64,000 bases of DNA, from positions 18,592,711 through 18,656,710 of the forward strand of contig MU054187.1 of the NCBI GenBank assembly GCA_013239625.1, given 5' to 3'. A model generated the notes under the pieces. The model was not told the DNA's origin. It saw nothing but the letters and a program-made list of their open reading frames with translations, and searched no databases. Below are positions 23,449 to 35,928 of the stretch, one piece after another; the stretch's first letter is position 1; every line of letters starts with the position of its first letter. Origin of the DNA: Lama guanicoe (Eukaryota). The translations under genes were made by a program, and so were the position numbers.

Positions 23449-23580
23449 CACAAGGTCCTGGGTTCAATGCTCAGCACCTCTACTTAAAAAAATTAATTAA
23501 AAAATGCATAAATAAACCTAATTTACCCCCCCAAAAAAACAAAAAAAAATTTTTTAAGAAAAATTAAATGTTAAAAAAAA
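23449..23580 (+). mobile_element. 5'-truncated camelid SINE
   Basis: CAAGGTCCTGGGTTCAATGCTCAGCACCTC followed by the tail AATAAACCTAATTTACCCCCC and poly(A). Confidence 0.8.
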
Positions 23581-23604
23581 ACGAGTGGAAAAGTTACTAC
23601 AAAG

Positions 23605-24760
23605 TTACGATAATCAAGACTGCATGCTAGAACAGAGAGTCCAGAAATAAACCCATACATTTATGATCAACTGATTTTCAACAAAGATGCTAAGACAACT
23701 GAGTGGAAAAGAATAGTTTCCCATGCACACAAATGGTGCCGGGAAAACTAGATTTCCATATTTCCATATGCAAAGGAATGAAGTTGGACTCCTAAGTCAG
23801 ACTATACACAAAAATTAAGATGGATCAGAAATCTAAATGTAAAAGCTAAATTATATAACTCTTAGAAGAAAACACAGAAGTAAAGCTTCATGACCTTGCT
23901 CAGGCAACATCTCTTAAGATATGAGATCTCAAGCACGAGAAACCAAAGAAAAAAATAGATAAGCTGACATCATCAATATTTAAAACTGCTGTGATTCAAA
24001 GGATACCATCACGGAAGTAAAAAGACAACTGTCAGAATGGGAAAAATACATGCAAATTAAATATCAGATAAGGATCTAATATACAAAATACATAAGGAAC
24101 ACTTACAATTCAATAATAGAAAGACAAATAATCCAATTAAAATGGACAATGGATTTAAACACATTCCACAAAATAAGATATAAAAATGACCAATAATCAT
24201 ATGAAAAGATGGCCAATATCATTCATTAGTAATCAAAGAAGTGCAAATGAGATACTACTTCAGCCCTACTAGGATGGCTGTACTCAAAAGTACAAATGAT
24301 GACCAGTGCTGAAAGGATGTAGAGAAATTGGAACCCTTACACATTTCTGGCGGGAATGAACAACTGTGCAGTTTGGCAGCAAAACAGTTTGACAGTTCCT
24401 CAAAAAGTTAAACATGGAGTTACCACATGACCCAGCAATTCCATTCCTAGGTGTGTAACAAGAGAATTGAAAGCACATGTCTACACAAAGACCTGCACAC
24501 GAATGTTCATAGCAGCATTATTCACAACGGCCAAAAAGTAGAAAATCTAGATGTCCAACAACTGACTAATGGATAAATAAAATGTGGTGTACACCTATAC
24601 AATGGACTGTCATGCAGCCATGGAAAGGACTGAGGGACTGATATGTTGTTACAACAGGGATGAACCTTGGAAACATTATACTAAGTGAAAGAAGCCAGTC
24701 ACAAAAGACCGCATATTGTTTGATTCCATTTATAGGAAATGCCTAGAATATATAAACTAT
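23605..24760 (+). mobile_element. Degenerate L1 (L1MB-like), ORF2 3' part and 3' UTR
   Basis: GAGTCCAGAAATAAACCCATAC, GACCCAGCAATTCCATTCCTAGG, TTCATAGCAGCATTATTCAC, AAGTGAAAGAAGCCAGTCAC. No long ORF remains. Confidence 0.88.
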
Positions 24761-25984
24761 ATTTCAAAAAGGAGTGAAAAAATAACAAGTGGAGGATGTT
24801 TTTTATCTCCATTTTATTTAAGTTTCTACAGATATTTCAAGCAGTGATTCTGATGTAAAAAGTTGAAAACTATCATTTGGTTTAAATGTAAATGGTTTTT
24901 ATTAGATCTAATTATTATTAATATTGTGATGATGATGATGATATAATTTGAGGTAAAGTAATAGCATATCTGCCATATGTCATGAAATGTTTAGAAAAAT
25001 TGGATAAATGTCTGGTAACGCGTGAATACCGTACAAATAAAAGGGTAAACGCACAATCATCAGAATTCATAACGACTTGGGTACAAGACTCAGTGCTGCG
25101 ATGCATTACCTTGTGTCCTTAACCTTCAGAATCTTGAATCAGGCAATAGTTTCTGCCATGTGCCAACGAAGCACAAGTCACCAAAGAAAAAACAAAAATT
25201 AGAAACTTCTGTGCTTCAAAGGGAACCATCAAGAAAATGAAAATGGGAGAAAATGTGTACATTTCATATGCCTGAAGACTTCATTTGCTAAATAACATTA
25301 CATAATCTATTGGCAGATTTAGACCTACATTTCCTCCTGCATCACATCATCACAGTAGCACCTGCCTCATAACACTACTGTGAGGATTAATGAGATAATG
25401 ACTCCAGAAAAACTCAGCCGCCCGCAAACAGTCTGCAGATACTAGGTGCTATTACTGTTATGTTAATATTATTGGTAAGGGGAAAATGATACTGAGAGCT
25501 GGCAAGAATTTGGAAAACCTGCTTTCTGACGTACTATGAGAAACCTTCTGGGTGGCATTTTGACCTTGTTGGTGCACATGGGAATGACTCTTGTGTCCTT
25601 AAAACCCAGTCGACTGAGGGATTCTACTTCTAGGAATTTATCCTAAAGAACAAATTAAAAAGGTGCATAAAGGATTACATGTTAAGAATTTCTATCAAAA
25701 TATTGTTCATAATAGCAAAATGGGAAACAACCTAAACATTTATAAATAATATGTCCCTTAATTAAAAGTGAACCTGCAGCAACTTAAAAATGGGCTATGC
25801 AGCAACTTAAAAATAAAGCTGTGGAAGATTATTTACTGGCATAAAATTCTGTTTGAAGTTCAGTTAAATGAAGGAAATGTACACGTGTGTATTCTGATGC
25901 CTTCTTAAAATACAGAAATTTATAGCAATACATACACAGAAAAAAGTCTGGAAACAGATCATCTAAAACTTTTACACTGTAGGT

Positions 25985-27685
25985 TATTTCTATACAATAG
26001 CAATGAAAAATCTGAAAAGTAAGTTAAGAAAATTCCATTTATAATCACATCAAAAAAATAAAATACTTCAGAATTAAGGTAACTAAGGAAGTACAAGACT
26101 TGTGCACTGAAAACTACAAAACATTGCTAAAAGAAATGAAAGAAGACCTAAATAAACGGAAAGACACTCCATGTTTATGGATTGTAAGACTTAATATTGT
26201 TAAGATGGCAGTACTCTCCCAAATCAATCCTCAGAGTAAAGAAAAGCCCAACAAAAATCCCAAAGACATTTTATTGGGGGGGAGGGAGAGATTCTAAAAT
26301 TCATGTGAAACTTTCAAGAGACCTTAAAGAATAGTTTTGAAAAAGAAGAGGTGAAAGTACTTCCTGATTTCAAAACTTACTACAAAGCTATAGTAATCAA
26401 AACAGTGTGGTACTCTCCGAGGGACAGACATACAGATGAATGTATCAGAATTGAGAGTCCAGAAATAAACCTTTACATCTATGTCAACTAGTTTTGGACA
26501 AGGATACTAAGAGCACTCACTGAGGACGGGCTCATCAACAAACAATGCTAGGAAAACTAAATATCCACACGCAAAAGAATGAAATGAACCTTACCACAAA
26601 CCATCTACAAAAATTAACTCAAAATGAATCACATTAACTATAAGAGGCAAGTTTTAGAAGAAAACATAGTGTAAATCTTCATGATCTGAGTTTGGAAATG
26701 GATCCTTAGATATAATGCCAAAAGCACAAGCAACTAAAGAAAAAATAAACTGGACTTCATTAAAATTTAAAATTTTTGTGAAAGTGAAAAAACAATGTAT
26801 GGAATGAAAGAAAATATCTGAAAATTATATATCTGATGAGGGTCTAGTGTTCAGGATATATTAAGAGCTCTTACATCTCAACAACAAAAAGACAAATAAT
26901 TTTTTTTAATGTGCCAAAGGATTTGAATAGATGTTTCCCAAAGAAGATACAAGCACATGAAAAGATGCTCAGTATCACTAGTCATTAGTGAAATACAAAT
27001 CAAAACCACAATGAGATACCACTTTACACTCACTAGGATGGCTATAATCAAAAACAGAAAATTTTAAACATTGGCAAGAATGCAGAGAAATTGCTGATGG
27101 AGATGTAAAATGGTGGCCCTGCTGTGAAAACAGTTTGGCAGTTTCCCCCAAAAAAGTTAAACATGGAATTACCACATAGCAAGGAATTCCACTTCTGGGT
27201 TTATCCCAAAGGAACTGGAAATGGGTAATCAAACAAGCACACACATACTCCTTAGTTCAGTATCTACAGTAGTCAAAAGGTGGACATCTCCCAATGTCCA
27301 TCAACAGATGAATGGATAAACAAAATACAGTCGATACATACAATGAATGGAGTGTCATTCGGCCGTAAAAAGCAGTGAAGTACCCGTATAACAGGTACGA
27401 ACCTCCAAGAGTTATGCTAACTGAAGGAAGCCAGGTACCAAAAGTCATTTATTATGTGATTCCATTTAAGTGAAATATTTGGAATAGGTAAATCCAATAA
27501 GACAGAAAGCAGATAAGTTGTTGCCAGGGGCTGAGGGAGGGAAGACTGGGGATCCCAGTTTAGTGAGGATGGGGTCTGTTTTGGACGTGAGGAGGATGTT
27601 TTGGAGCTAGACAGAGATGACAGTTTCACAACATTGTGAATATGCTGAATGCCACTAAATTGTAGGCTTTAAAATGGTTAGTTTT
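25985..27685 (+). mobile_element. Degenerate L1 (L1MB-like), ORF2 3' part and 3' UTR
   Basis: ORF fragment ENYKTLLKEMKEDLNKRKDTPCLWIVRLNIVKMAVL (26100-26297) resembles L1 ORF2. Typical 3' UTR follows to ~27685. Confidence 0.92.
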
Positions 27686-28086
27686 AAGAAAGAGAGAGAG
27701 AGGGAGGGAAGGAAAGAAGGTTCAAAGTGCCTCTAGCCACAACACTGCCAAGGATAGAACAAAGTCACTGAAACAGGTGAAAAGCCACGTGCCTCAGGTT
27801 ACTGAGGTCCCTTAGAAGACACTCACTGATACCCCTCATACCCATTTTCCACTTCACCCCCTACTTCTCAGGTGCACTTCACCTGCACACGCCTTCCCCA
27901 CACAAAAACCAACTGACCTCACACTCTCCCATATCCTCTCCCAGCTCGAGACCTCTAGGACAAGTGGACACATGGTGCTTTCTCTCCCCTGAAACTGACT
28001 GTAAGCCACTACCATGTGCTTTAGAAAAACAAACGACAATATATTTGAAGTGCAAAACATGACGTCCCAGAGGAATGCTTCTTTAC

Positions 28087-28202
28087 CTTCACAAGTTCTT
28101 TTCTTAGCTCTTCTTGCTCCTCCTCTGATAGAGACTCAGTGGTACCGATCATGGCAGCAGCATCTTCTCCTTCCTCGGGTACTGGGTCTGTTCTCAGCAG
28201 AC
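28087..28202 (-). CDS. TPD52: TPD52 exon 2 (116 nt)
   Basis: (G)LLRTDPVPEEGEDAAAMIGTTESLSEEEQEELRKELVK. Pyrimidine-rich acceptor, donor gtaaag. Confidence 0.97.
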
Positions 28203-28525
28203 CTTGTTGGAGAGTGAAAAGAAAAAAGTTCTGTAAGGTATGAAAGCTGAGTAAAATTCTCTTTTGGGCTCCTCCCCTGCCCCAGCCAGAATAAAGTCAA
28301 TTAGGTTAGAGTCACATGTCATCTTTCTACACCTTCAAATGACCTGACTCGCCCAGGAGAGGACAAAAGAAGAGTCTGAGCTCAGCACTGAAAACCACCA
28401 AATTACGCTCTGCCAAAATATGAATTTAGAAAATACACCGTTCTCTCAGCCTCTGTTCATTTCCACAGTCACAAAGCAAGAGACTGAAGAGGCCAAGAAT
28501 GGGATCTTGCCAAGACTTCAGATGC

Positions 28526-28527
<2 letters not shown>

Positions 28528-28569
<42 letters not shown>
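28528..28569. repeat. (AAT)n microsatellite, about 13-14 units
   Basis: Read directly from the sequence. Confidence 0.95.
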
Positions 28570-28971
28570 CAGAGTAAGGAGTCTGCAAATGTCTTTAGCA
28601 CCTTCTGCTGATCAGATCCAACTCTTCACAACCTCAGTGAAGAAATGCTGACCAAACTCAACACCCAAAGAAATTTTATTCCATTTCTTGCCATTAGTTA
28701 GTGGAGGGAGGAGACACCCTTGTAGCTGTTTAAAAATACGTATTTCATCCAAATACCCTTTAAAAAAGCCTAATGCATGTGTTCAGAGAAATGACCAACA
28801 CCCATACAGAAGCTTTCTGCTTTATTTAAGACCAATCCTGTCGCACCCGTTCTCCTGGAACAGAGCCAATGTCTACTGGTCCATCAGGAAGAACTCGGTA
28901 TTTCCAGAGGGTGGCCGGGGAGGCACCTGCCTCTGAGCAACTCTCCCCTCTTTTCTGCCTAAACAACCAAG

Positions 28972-29450
28972 TACAAGGCTAAAGGCAAGGCCAGTGAGGC
29001 CCCCGAACCTTGGGTGCAAAATTTAAGAGGGCACCAAAAACACTCAATACAAATAATTTTAATATTTTAATGTAATTTTTAAATCAAAGTTAATCCAAAG
29101 AATCCATGATGAACAAAATACCGAATTTTTAAATAGACAGGAAAAATGGCTCTGCACAGCTCTGCTCCTGACCTTGTCTTCACTTAAAATACTGGTATTA
29201 TGTTCATCATGGATTTCTTTTTTAATTTTCCTAAAATACTGCATTGACATATTTATCTTTTTAAAAAAAATTTTAATGGATTTACTGGGGATTGAACCCA
29301 GGACCTCGTGCATGCTAAGCATGTGTTCTACCACTGAGCTAGACCCTCCCCCCCATAACATTTACCTTGACTGAAGGGCTTTTCGGTGCCCCTCTAAATT
29401 TTATACGCGAGGCAAAACCTCACCCTCCTCACCCTAGTCTCAGTTCTGCC
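28972..29450. mobile_element. MER96B-like hAT MITE with long internal inverted repeats
   Basis: GGGTGCAAAATTTAAGAGGGCACC at the left mirrors GGTGCCCTCTAAATTTTATAC at the right. AATCCATGATGAACA mirrors TGTTCATCATGGATT. Confidence 0.75.
29271..29353 (-). mobile_element. Camelid SINE inserted into a MER96B-like element
   Basis: GGGATTGAACCCAGGACCTCGTGCATGCTAAGCATG..CTACCACTGAGCTA. Confidence 0.88.
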
Positions 29451-30032
29451 ATCTATCCCCATGCCCTGGCTTGGGGTTCTCACGGTCTCCTCTGGGAACA
29501 GTGTTTTTGCCTAGGGAACCTAGGAACAGTCACCTCCTCCTCCTGTTCTCCTCTTCCTGCCACTGAGCATTCCAGCAATCACAAGGCTCCCCACCAGCCC
29601 CCGCGGCCATTTCTGGGAAGGGCCCGTTCAGACATGGTGGCAATGTGGCATCCCGCCCAAAGCAAGATGCCAGGCAGCCGATGACAGACCGAACAGGCAG
29701 GCAGAGAGGAAGAAGGAGGGAGGATAAGTACTCTGTTCAACAAGCAGCCAACGCCTGGCAAGTCCAGGAGAAGTAGATTCGTATCAGGGACAAAGTGTAC
29801 GGACGTACATTGTGTAAAAGGTACAAAGGTACAAAGACACTTGCTCATGGTCTATTGTATATTAACGGCCTAACCGTAGTTGATAATTATGACAACAATA
29901 ACCAGAAGCCTAACAGTGCCAAAACAGCGCCTACCTGAAAGGTGTTTACAGAATGTTAAAGGCGTAAAAGTAATACAAATAAAACAATTCAAAAACCACA
30001 AATTGGAGTGGCAAACAGAATATGATTAAGCC

Positions 30033-30138
30033 TGTAATAACCTACAATGGAAAAGAACCTGTATAACTGAATCACTTTGCTGTACACCTGAAACTAACAC
30101 AGCATTGTAAATCAACTATACTTCAACTGAAAAAAAAA
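30033..30138 (+). mobile_element. Short 5'-truncated L1 3' end with a perfect 16-bp TSD
   Basis: AGAATATGATTAAGCC occurs at 30017-30032 and 30139-30154, flanking the L1 3' terminus and poly(A). Confidence 0.92.
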
Positions 30139-32489
30139 AGAATATGATTAAGCCCTCTCATGCTGAGACAATATATCACAAGTAAAATCCATGGGTGGAA
30201 AAACTCAGTGAATTAACTGCTCCTATAGGTCTACTTCAAAGTATCTTCAAACAGACTGCCCAAGTAATGACAGACATCTGATCACGTCACTCTTGATCTC
30301 GGTTCCTTGTTGTTTTCAAGACATAATTCAACCCCCCCAGTTTAGCACATAGGTCTTATTGGATCCATCCCCTGCTACCTGGCACTGGAACCTCTTACTC
30401 CAGCTCAAGCTAAATCAAACTGTGGACAAGGTGCTGTACTATGTACAGTCAGAAACCACTGAGGAGGGTCCACCTGCGTTCACAAAGGTTTGCCCCACAC
30501 CAGATTATGTGATGAGCAGCGTGAAACTGAGGATGGGAGACAAGCCCATAGGCAGCAATTGTATAAGGCAAGATAGAACTACAACAGAGTTCATTATAAA
30601 CATTCTTTATTTTATTTTTAATGCTTTGCTCTGACCTCTCAAGATCTCCAACTAGAACAGGACCCAACAAAACCCAATAAAACTCGGGTGCTAAACCGTG
30701 CCTTAAATAGCAAAGAGTCTTTCACGCTTTTTAATAAACACTATTTTGAAAATCTACTTACGGGCAAAAATGCAATGTCTGATTACTGATAATGCTTGAT
30801 GCATAACTGCCCAATTCCGAAAAGATTCTAAGAGGATTCTGATACTAATCAAGAATTTTGTTGAGCTACCAGGAAAAATAAACTGTCCCAGCAAAGGGGG
30901 TTATGGAGTTCTCCACAGTTAGCTTTGGGACGTCCAAGATGACCTTGAGATTTTTATATTCAGAAGCTAATAAAGTTAGTAATTACAAGTTCTGCTTTTT
31001 TTTAGGAGCCTGTAGGTGGCAGCAAATTATCAATATTAAATTTAAAGGTGAGGTTTGTTTCAGGATAATCAACTGGGGGGAAAAATGGGAAATAAAGGAC
31101 ACGAAGGAAGAACAGATGACAGAAATCAAAATCACCTACAAAACGTAATAGTCATGACTTTGGAAAATTATTAATAACCATAGTCACCACCACAAAGTGC
31201 ATTCAATTTATATCCAAATCCGAGCTGAGTGGTCCAAATACATTACATCATTTAGAGGCAACACTTCTGGGAGATGGGGACCACCATCATCATTTACAGA
31301 TGAGGAAACTGACGCTTACAGAAGTTAAGCAATTTGCCCATGGTACCATACCTGAAAAAGTGGTAGCGTTAGGGTTTTAAACCTGAATATTTTTTATTTG
31401 AATGTATATGCTTCAAATTATTGATTTTATAAAGCACAAAAAAAGACAAGAATAGAGGTCTAAAGATTAGACCTAGGAGGTATCCAAAAACAATAATAAG
31501 TAAGACTATAAAAACGGCAGACTAGATCAAAAGCAGTCTTTTCATCATTTCCAACTGTACAGTTTCCCCAAACCGGAGAATCCAAATTTTGCCTTGTATG
31601 TTTTTCTAGGTTTTATCTCACTTCTCATAAGTCCAGTAAAAGTACAGTATTGATTGCAGAGGTAGAATCTGGCATTTGGGAGAAAAGACATTCATTTCTC
31701 ATTCATAACATGAAAGTTGGGAAATGGAAATGTTTTAAAGTGCAGATTACTAAAAACTATAAATAATGCAAAAAAATCATTCATTTTTATGTTCCTCCTC
31801 AGAGTCTGAGAGAAATCAATTGTTAAAGGACAGAGAAGGGTGAGAAAAAAAATGATCTATTTATTGAGATCTAATACACCAGCCACTGTAAGGGAAGTTT
31901 TACACATTTACACGTTACCTTAAAAAAAAAAAAAGAAAAAAGAAAAAGGAAAAAATAGAACCTTATAACCAACCCCCAACAAGAAAAGCAGTATTTGTAG
32001 TGTTGCTTTCCATTAGGAAATTGAGGCCCTCTGAGGTTTGGTAATTTGCCCAGAGCCACAGAGATGAATACACAGGTCTTTCTGACTCTAAACTCATGCT
32101 CCTTCACACATGCTTTTCTTAGAGAAATTCCAAAGAGCAGGAAGGACAAAGAGCAAGTCAGAAGGGGAGCTGGAATCAGAGAGCCGAGGCTTCCTACTTC
32201 ACTGAGAGTGTGAGAACCTGGCTTAAAAGGCACAGATACCATTATCCAGCCCCAGGGACTGCAAATTGGTGATAATTTGTCCCACCAGGTTATCAACATT
32301 TTAACCACTTGCTTAATTCTTCATCTAGTTGTGCAAACAGACTGACAATCTGTCTTCAATGGCACACATGGGATTAAGGGTCTCATCTGAGGGGTAGAGC
32401 TTGGCACCCACTGACAGGCCAGGTGGGAGGCCCCCTGCCAACGGAGAGATGGAGACGGACAGGGACCAGGAGGACGCTGCCCCCCAATC

Positions 32490-32997
32490 CTGAGACACCA
32501 TTTTTCCTTTTCTATTTTACATTTTTGAACTCGAGATGCATCCTACAGCCAGCCGGCTAAGCAGTCCCGGCGGCAAAGTTGTTTATCACCTGTAACTGTG
32601 CCTCAAAATCTACAAAACAGGTGTCGGTGGCCTAGAAAAATCGTAGACCTTTCTTTTAAGAAAGCCTGTATCATAGACTTTTTATGACAGCAAAATAAAT
32701 AAACAGAATGGACATGGATTATTCCTGGTTGAAAGGAATTCAGGTAAGTCAATGCATGTGAAGATGTTTCAGGAAAACTAACGTAGTTAACTTTAAAAAG
32801 TAAGCAGAGGAGGGTTATGGTCAATGTGCATGTCAGAATAAATCTGAAAGAGTGTTAATAAGCATTAAAATTAAAACTTTAAGTGAAATTAAGGCATTTT
32901 TTTAGTGCAACTTGTAGCAATTTTTTTCCCCTCAATGAAATATAAAATAATGGTACATCCTAAAATCTGGGGTGCCTTTGATGTGATGAAACACGAT
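32490..32997. mobile_element. Ancient Tigger-like DNA transposon remnant
   Basis: Terminal AAATAATGGTACATCCTAAAATCTGGGGTGCCTTTGATGTGATGAAACACG resembles old Tigger ends. Confidence 0.45.
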
Positions 32998-33399
32998 CCT
33001 CCAAATGTCAGAGAACTGGCTAGTAATTTGAGAAAAATGAAGCTCTTAGGGTTTTGGCTTCGGTGGAAAAGTGTAATGAGTGAGAACAGTGGGGAAGACG
33101 AGGAAGGGTGCGGAAAAGCCTTCAGTCTGGACAGTCCCCAGTTCCAGACAACAAGGTCCTCATGTCACAGCCTCATCTTTCACCTCAGTCCTCACAGTGC
33201 CCGGAACAAAGTAAATGTTCACAGGAATTTCATTAGAGCTAATTTATTGAACAGAGATTTAATCAAATGAAGCTTCTCTTCTCTTTAGCTAATGCACAGC
33301 CACCCACTCGCCACACAGTCCCAAAACAGTCAAACAGGGAAAGTAGCAATGCCTTTTTTAATGCAAACTTAGAACCTACAATTAAAATTAAGCCACAGT

Positions 33400-33496
33400 G
33401 GGGAGGGGATAGGGTACAGCTCAGTGGTAGAGTGTGTACTTAGCATGCACAAGGTCCTGGGTTTGATCCCCAGTACCTCCATTAAAATAAAATAAC
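33400..33496 (+). mobile_element. Camelid SINE
   Basis: AGCTCAGTGGTAGAG..GGTTTGATCCCCAGTACCTCC. TSD aaaattaagccaca/aaaattaagtcaca. Confidence 0.88.
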
Positions 33497-33812
33497 AAAA
33501 TTAAGTCACAACTGAGAGCTTGGTGAGGACCCTGCTGCCCAGGTTCGGTGGATGCAGCCCAGTCACTCCACATCGGAGCACCCCACCTAAACAGCTCTCT
33601 CTTCCCTCCAGTTCTTTGTCTTTGACTTTTTTTTTTTTCACAATTAAGGCCAAATGTTTCCTTTCAAGACTTTGTATGATTATCAATGAAAACCTTTTTA
33701 ACCATTTTCATACAATATTAGGTCTGAAAAGAATTTTGGACCATTTAAATTCAAACACTTCATTGTATAAAGATAGGAAACACAGGTCAGAGATTTTTTT
33801 TAAAGTAGATGA

Positions 33813-34303
33813 TGTTGCGGTTTGATTTGTGTCCCCCGAAAAAGATATGTTCTACTTCCAACTCCCAGGACCCATAAATGTGTCTATTTGGAAACGGGGT
33901 CTTTGGAAATGTGATCAAGCTAAGATGCGATCATACTGGATGCGGGTGGGCTCTAACCCAATGACTGGTGTCCTTATAAGTAAAAGGAAGTTTGGACACA
34001 CAGACCCAGAAAGAACATCATGGAAAGATCCAGAGCACACAGAGACATGGAGGAGAACGCTGTGTGGCGACGGAGGGCAGGGATCAGAGAGATGCAGCTC
34101 CAGCCAAGGCGAGCCAAGGATCACCAGCAAGCAGCAGAAGCTAGGAAGAGACAAGGAAGGACTTCCCTGCAGATGTCAGAAGGGTGGCCCTGCTCAGACC
34201 TTGATTTTGGACTTCCAGCCTCCAAAACCATAGAGATACCAAATTCCTGTTGTTTTAAGCCGCTCGGTCTGGGGCACTTTGTTAGGTTAGCCCTAGGGAA
34301 CTG
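33813..34303 (+). mobile_element. MLT1 (ERVL-MaLR) solo LTR
   Basis: TGTGTCCCCCGAAAAGATATGTT..ATGACTGGTGTCCTTATAAG..TTGGACTTCCAGCCTCCA..GCCCTAGGGAACT. Confidence 0.85.
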
Positions 34304-34499
34304 AGCCCCTGGAAACTGAGCCCCAAACCCATTTGTTAACTGTTTAAAAAAAATAAGAAGGCAGTAATACCGCCTGGCTCTCTGGTTTTTTATAAGAATA
34401 TTTTAAAGGATAATGAAATAAAGAGTATTCAATGACTGATAAGGATTTGTTGTTGCCTCGCTTTCCCATGTTCTGCAAGTCATCCTGGCTGTTTCTTCT

Positions 34500-35090
34500 C
34501 TCCTCTTGTCCCGCATGAAGCTTGGCTCACAGCTCTCACTTCCTCACTTCCCATTACTCTCCAACCCTCAGCAGCCGTCACCAGCCCCTCCTCTGCCCCT
34601 TCAACCGCGGACAGTTCTCGGTCATGATCTCGTCTGACATCCCCAAGGCATGCAGCACTGAACCTCAGTCTGAAGTCTCCCATCCTCTGATACCGCCCAC
34701 CACCCTCCCTGGGTTTTTTTTCTTACCTCTCTGAGATGTGGTTCCATCTTTCCCTCCCAGGAGTCCATTTACCACCGCACCTCCAATCCCATCACTCCTG
34801 CCTTAGTTCTGGCCCTCACCATTTTTTGCTTAGATTCTGGCCCCCAAAGCTCCTTGATGGTCTCTATCCCCTCCAATCCATTCACCCCCCTGCCACCAGA
34901 GTGAGCCGTCTAAACTGTAACTCTGAGCACAGCACTCCTTGCAGTAAATCCTTGTACAGCTGCCATCTGCTAGTAAAGTTCACTGCTCTTGACAATCCAG
35001 AACCTACCTTGTCCATCTCCTGCTGCTGTCTTCACCTGCCCTCCTCCCTCCCCCACAGTGCTCTCCCTACATCTTCCAACCTGCAGGTCC
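34500..35090 (+). mobile_element. L2 remnant
   Basis: Pyrimidine-rich L2-like motifs (CCCTCCAATCCATTCAC..TGCCACCAGAGTGA..TCTAAACTGTAACTCTGA). Confidence 0.55.
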
Positions 35091-35167
35091 CCTAGGGAAA
35101 TATGTTTTTTGAGGGTTTTTTTTCAATTTTATAATAACTTTATTGCTTTGTTAAATGTATATGTAGA

Positions 35168-35928
35168 TTTTTTAAAATTTTTTATTGAAGTATAGTTGAT
35201 TTACAATGTTATGTTAGTTTCAGGTGTACAGCAAAGTGGGTCAGTTATATATATGTATATATATATACATATATTCTTTTCCATTATAGGTTATTACAAG
35301 ATATCAAATATAGTTCCCTGTGCTATACAGTAGGTCCTTGTTGTTTATCTATTTTATATATATACAGTAGTATGTACATGTTAATCCCAAATTTCTAATT
35401 TATCCTTCACCCTCTTCACCCTTTGGTAATCATAAGTTTGTTTTCCATGTCTGTGAGTCTGTTTCTGTTTTATAAGTAAGTTCAGTTGTATCTTTTCTTA
35501 AGACTCCACAAATAAGTGATATCATATGATATTTGTCTTTCTCTGTCTGACTTAGTTCACTTAATACGATGATCTCTAAGTCCATCCATGTTGCTGTAAA
35601 AGGCATCCATTTCATTCTTTTTTATGGCTGAGTAATATTCCATTATATATCTATACACCACATCTTCTTTATCCATTCATCTGTCAACGGACATTTAGGT
35701 TGCTTCCATGTCTTGGCTATTGTAAATAGTGCTGCTACAAACATTAGGGTGCATCTACCTTTTCACATTAGTTTCTTGGGGGGGGTATATGCCCAGGAGT
35801 GGGATTGCTGGATCATATGGTAACTCTATGTTTATTTTTTTTAAGGAACCTCCATACTGTTCTTCATAGTGGCTGCTCCAAGTTATATTCCCACCAAAAG
35901 TACAGGAGGGTTCCTTTTTCTCCACACC
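35168..35928 (-). mobile_element. Cetartiodactyl-type L1 3' region (~760 bp)
   Basis: Minus-strand ORF MPFTATWMDLEIIVLSELSQTEKDKYHMISLICG is the L1 ORF2 C-terminus. The 3' end reads TTTTATTGAAGTATAGTTGATTTACAATG on the plus strand. Confidence 0.93.

Noticed and set aside
25775..25814. Direct repeat TGCAGCAACTTAAAAAT, two copies
   Set aside because: An ordinary micro-duplication inside a degraded L1.
28420..28611. Poly-Asn ORF
   Set aside because: It is a translation of the (AAT)n microsatellite.
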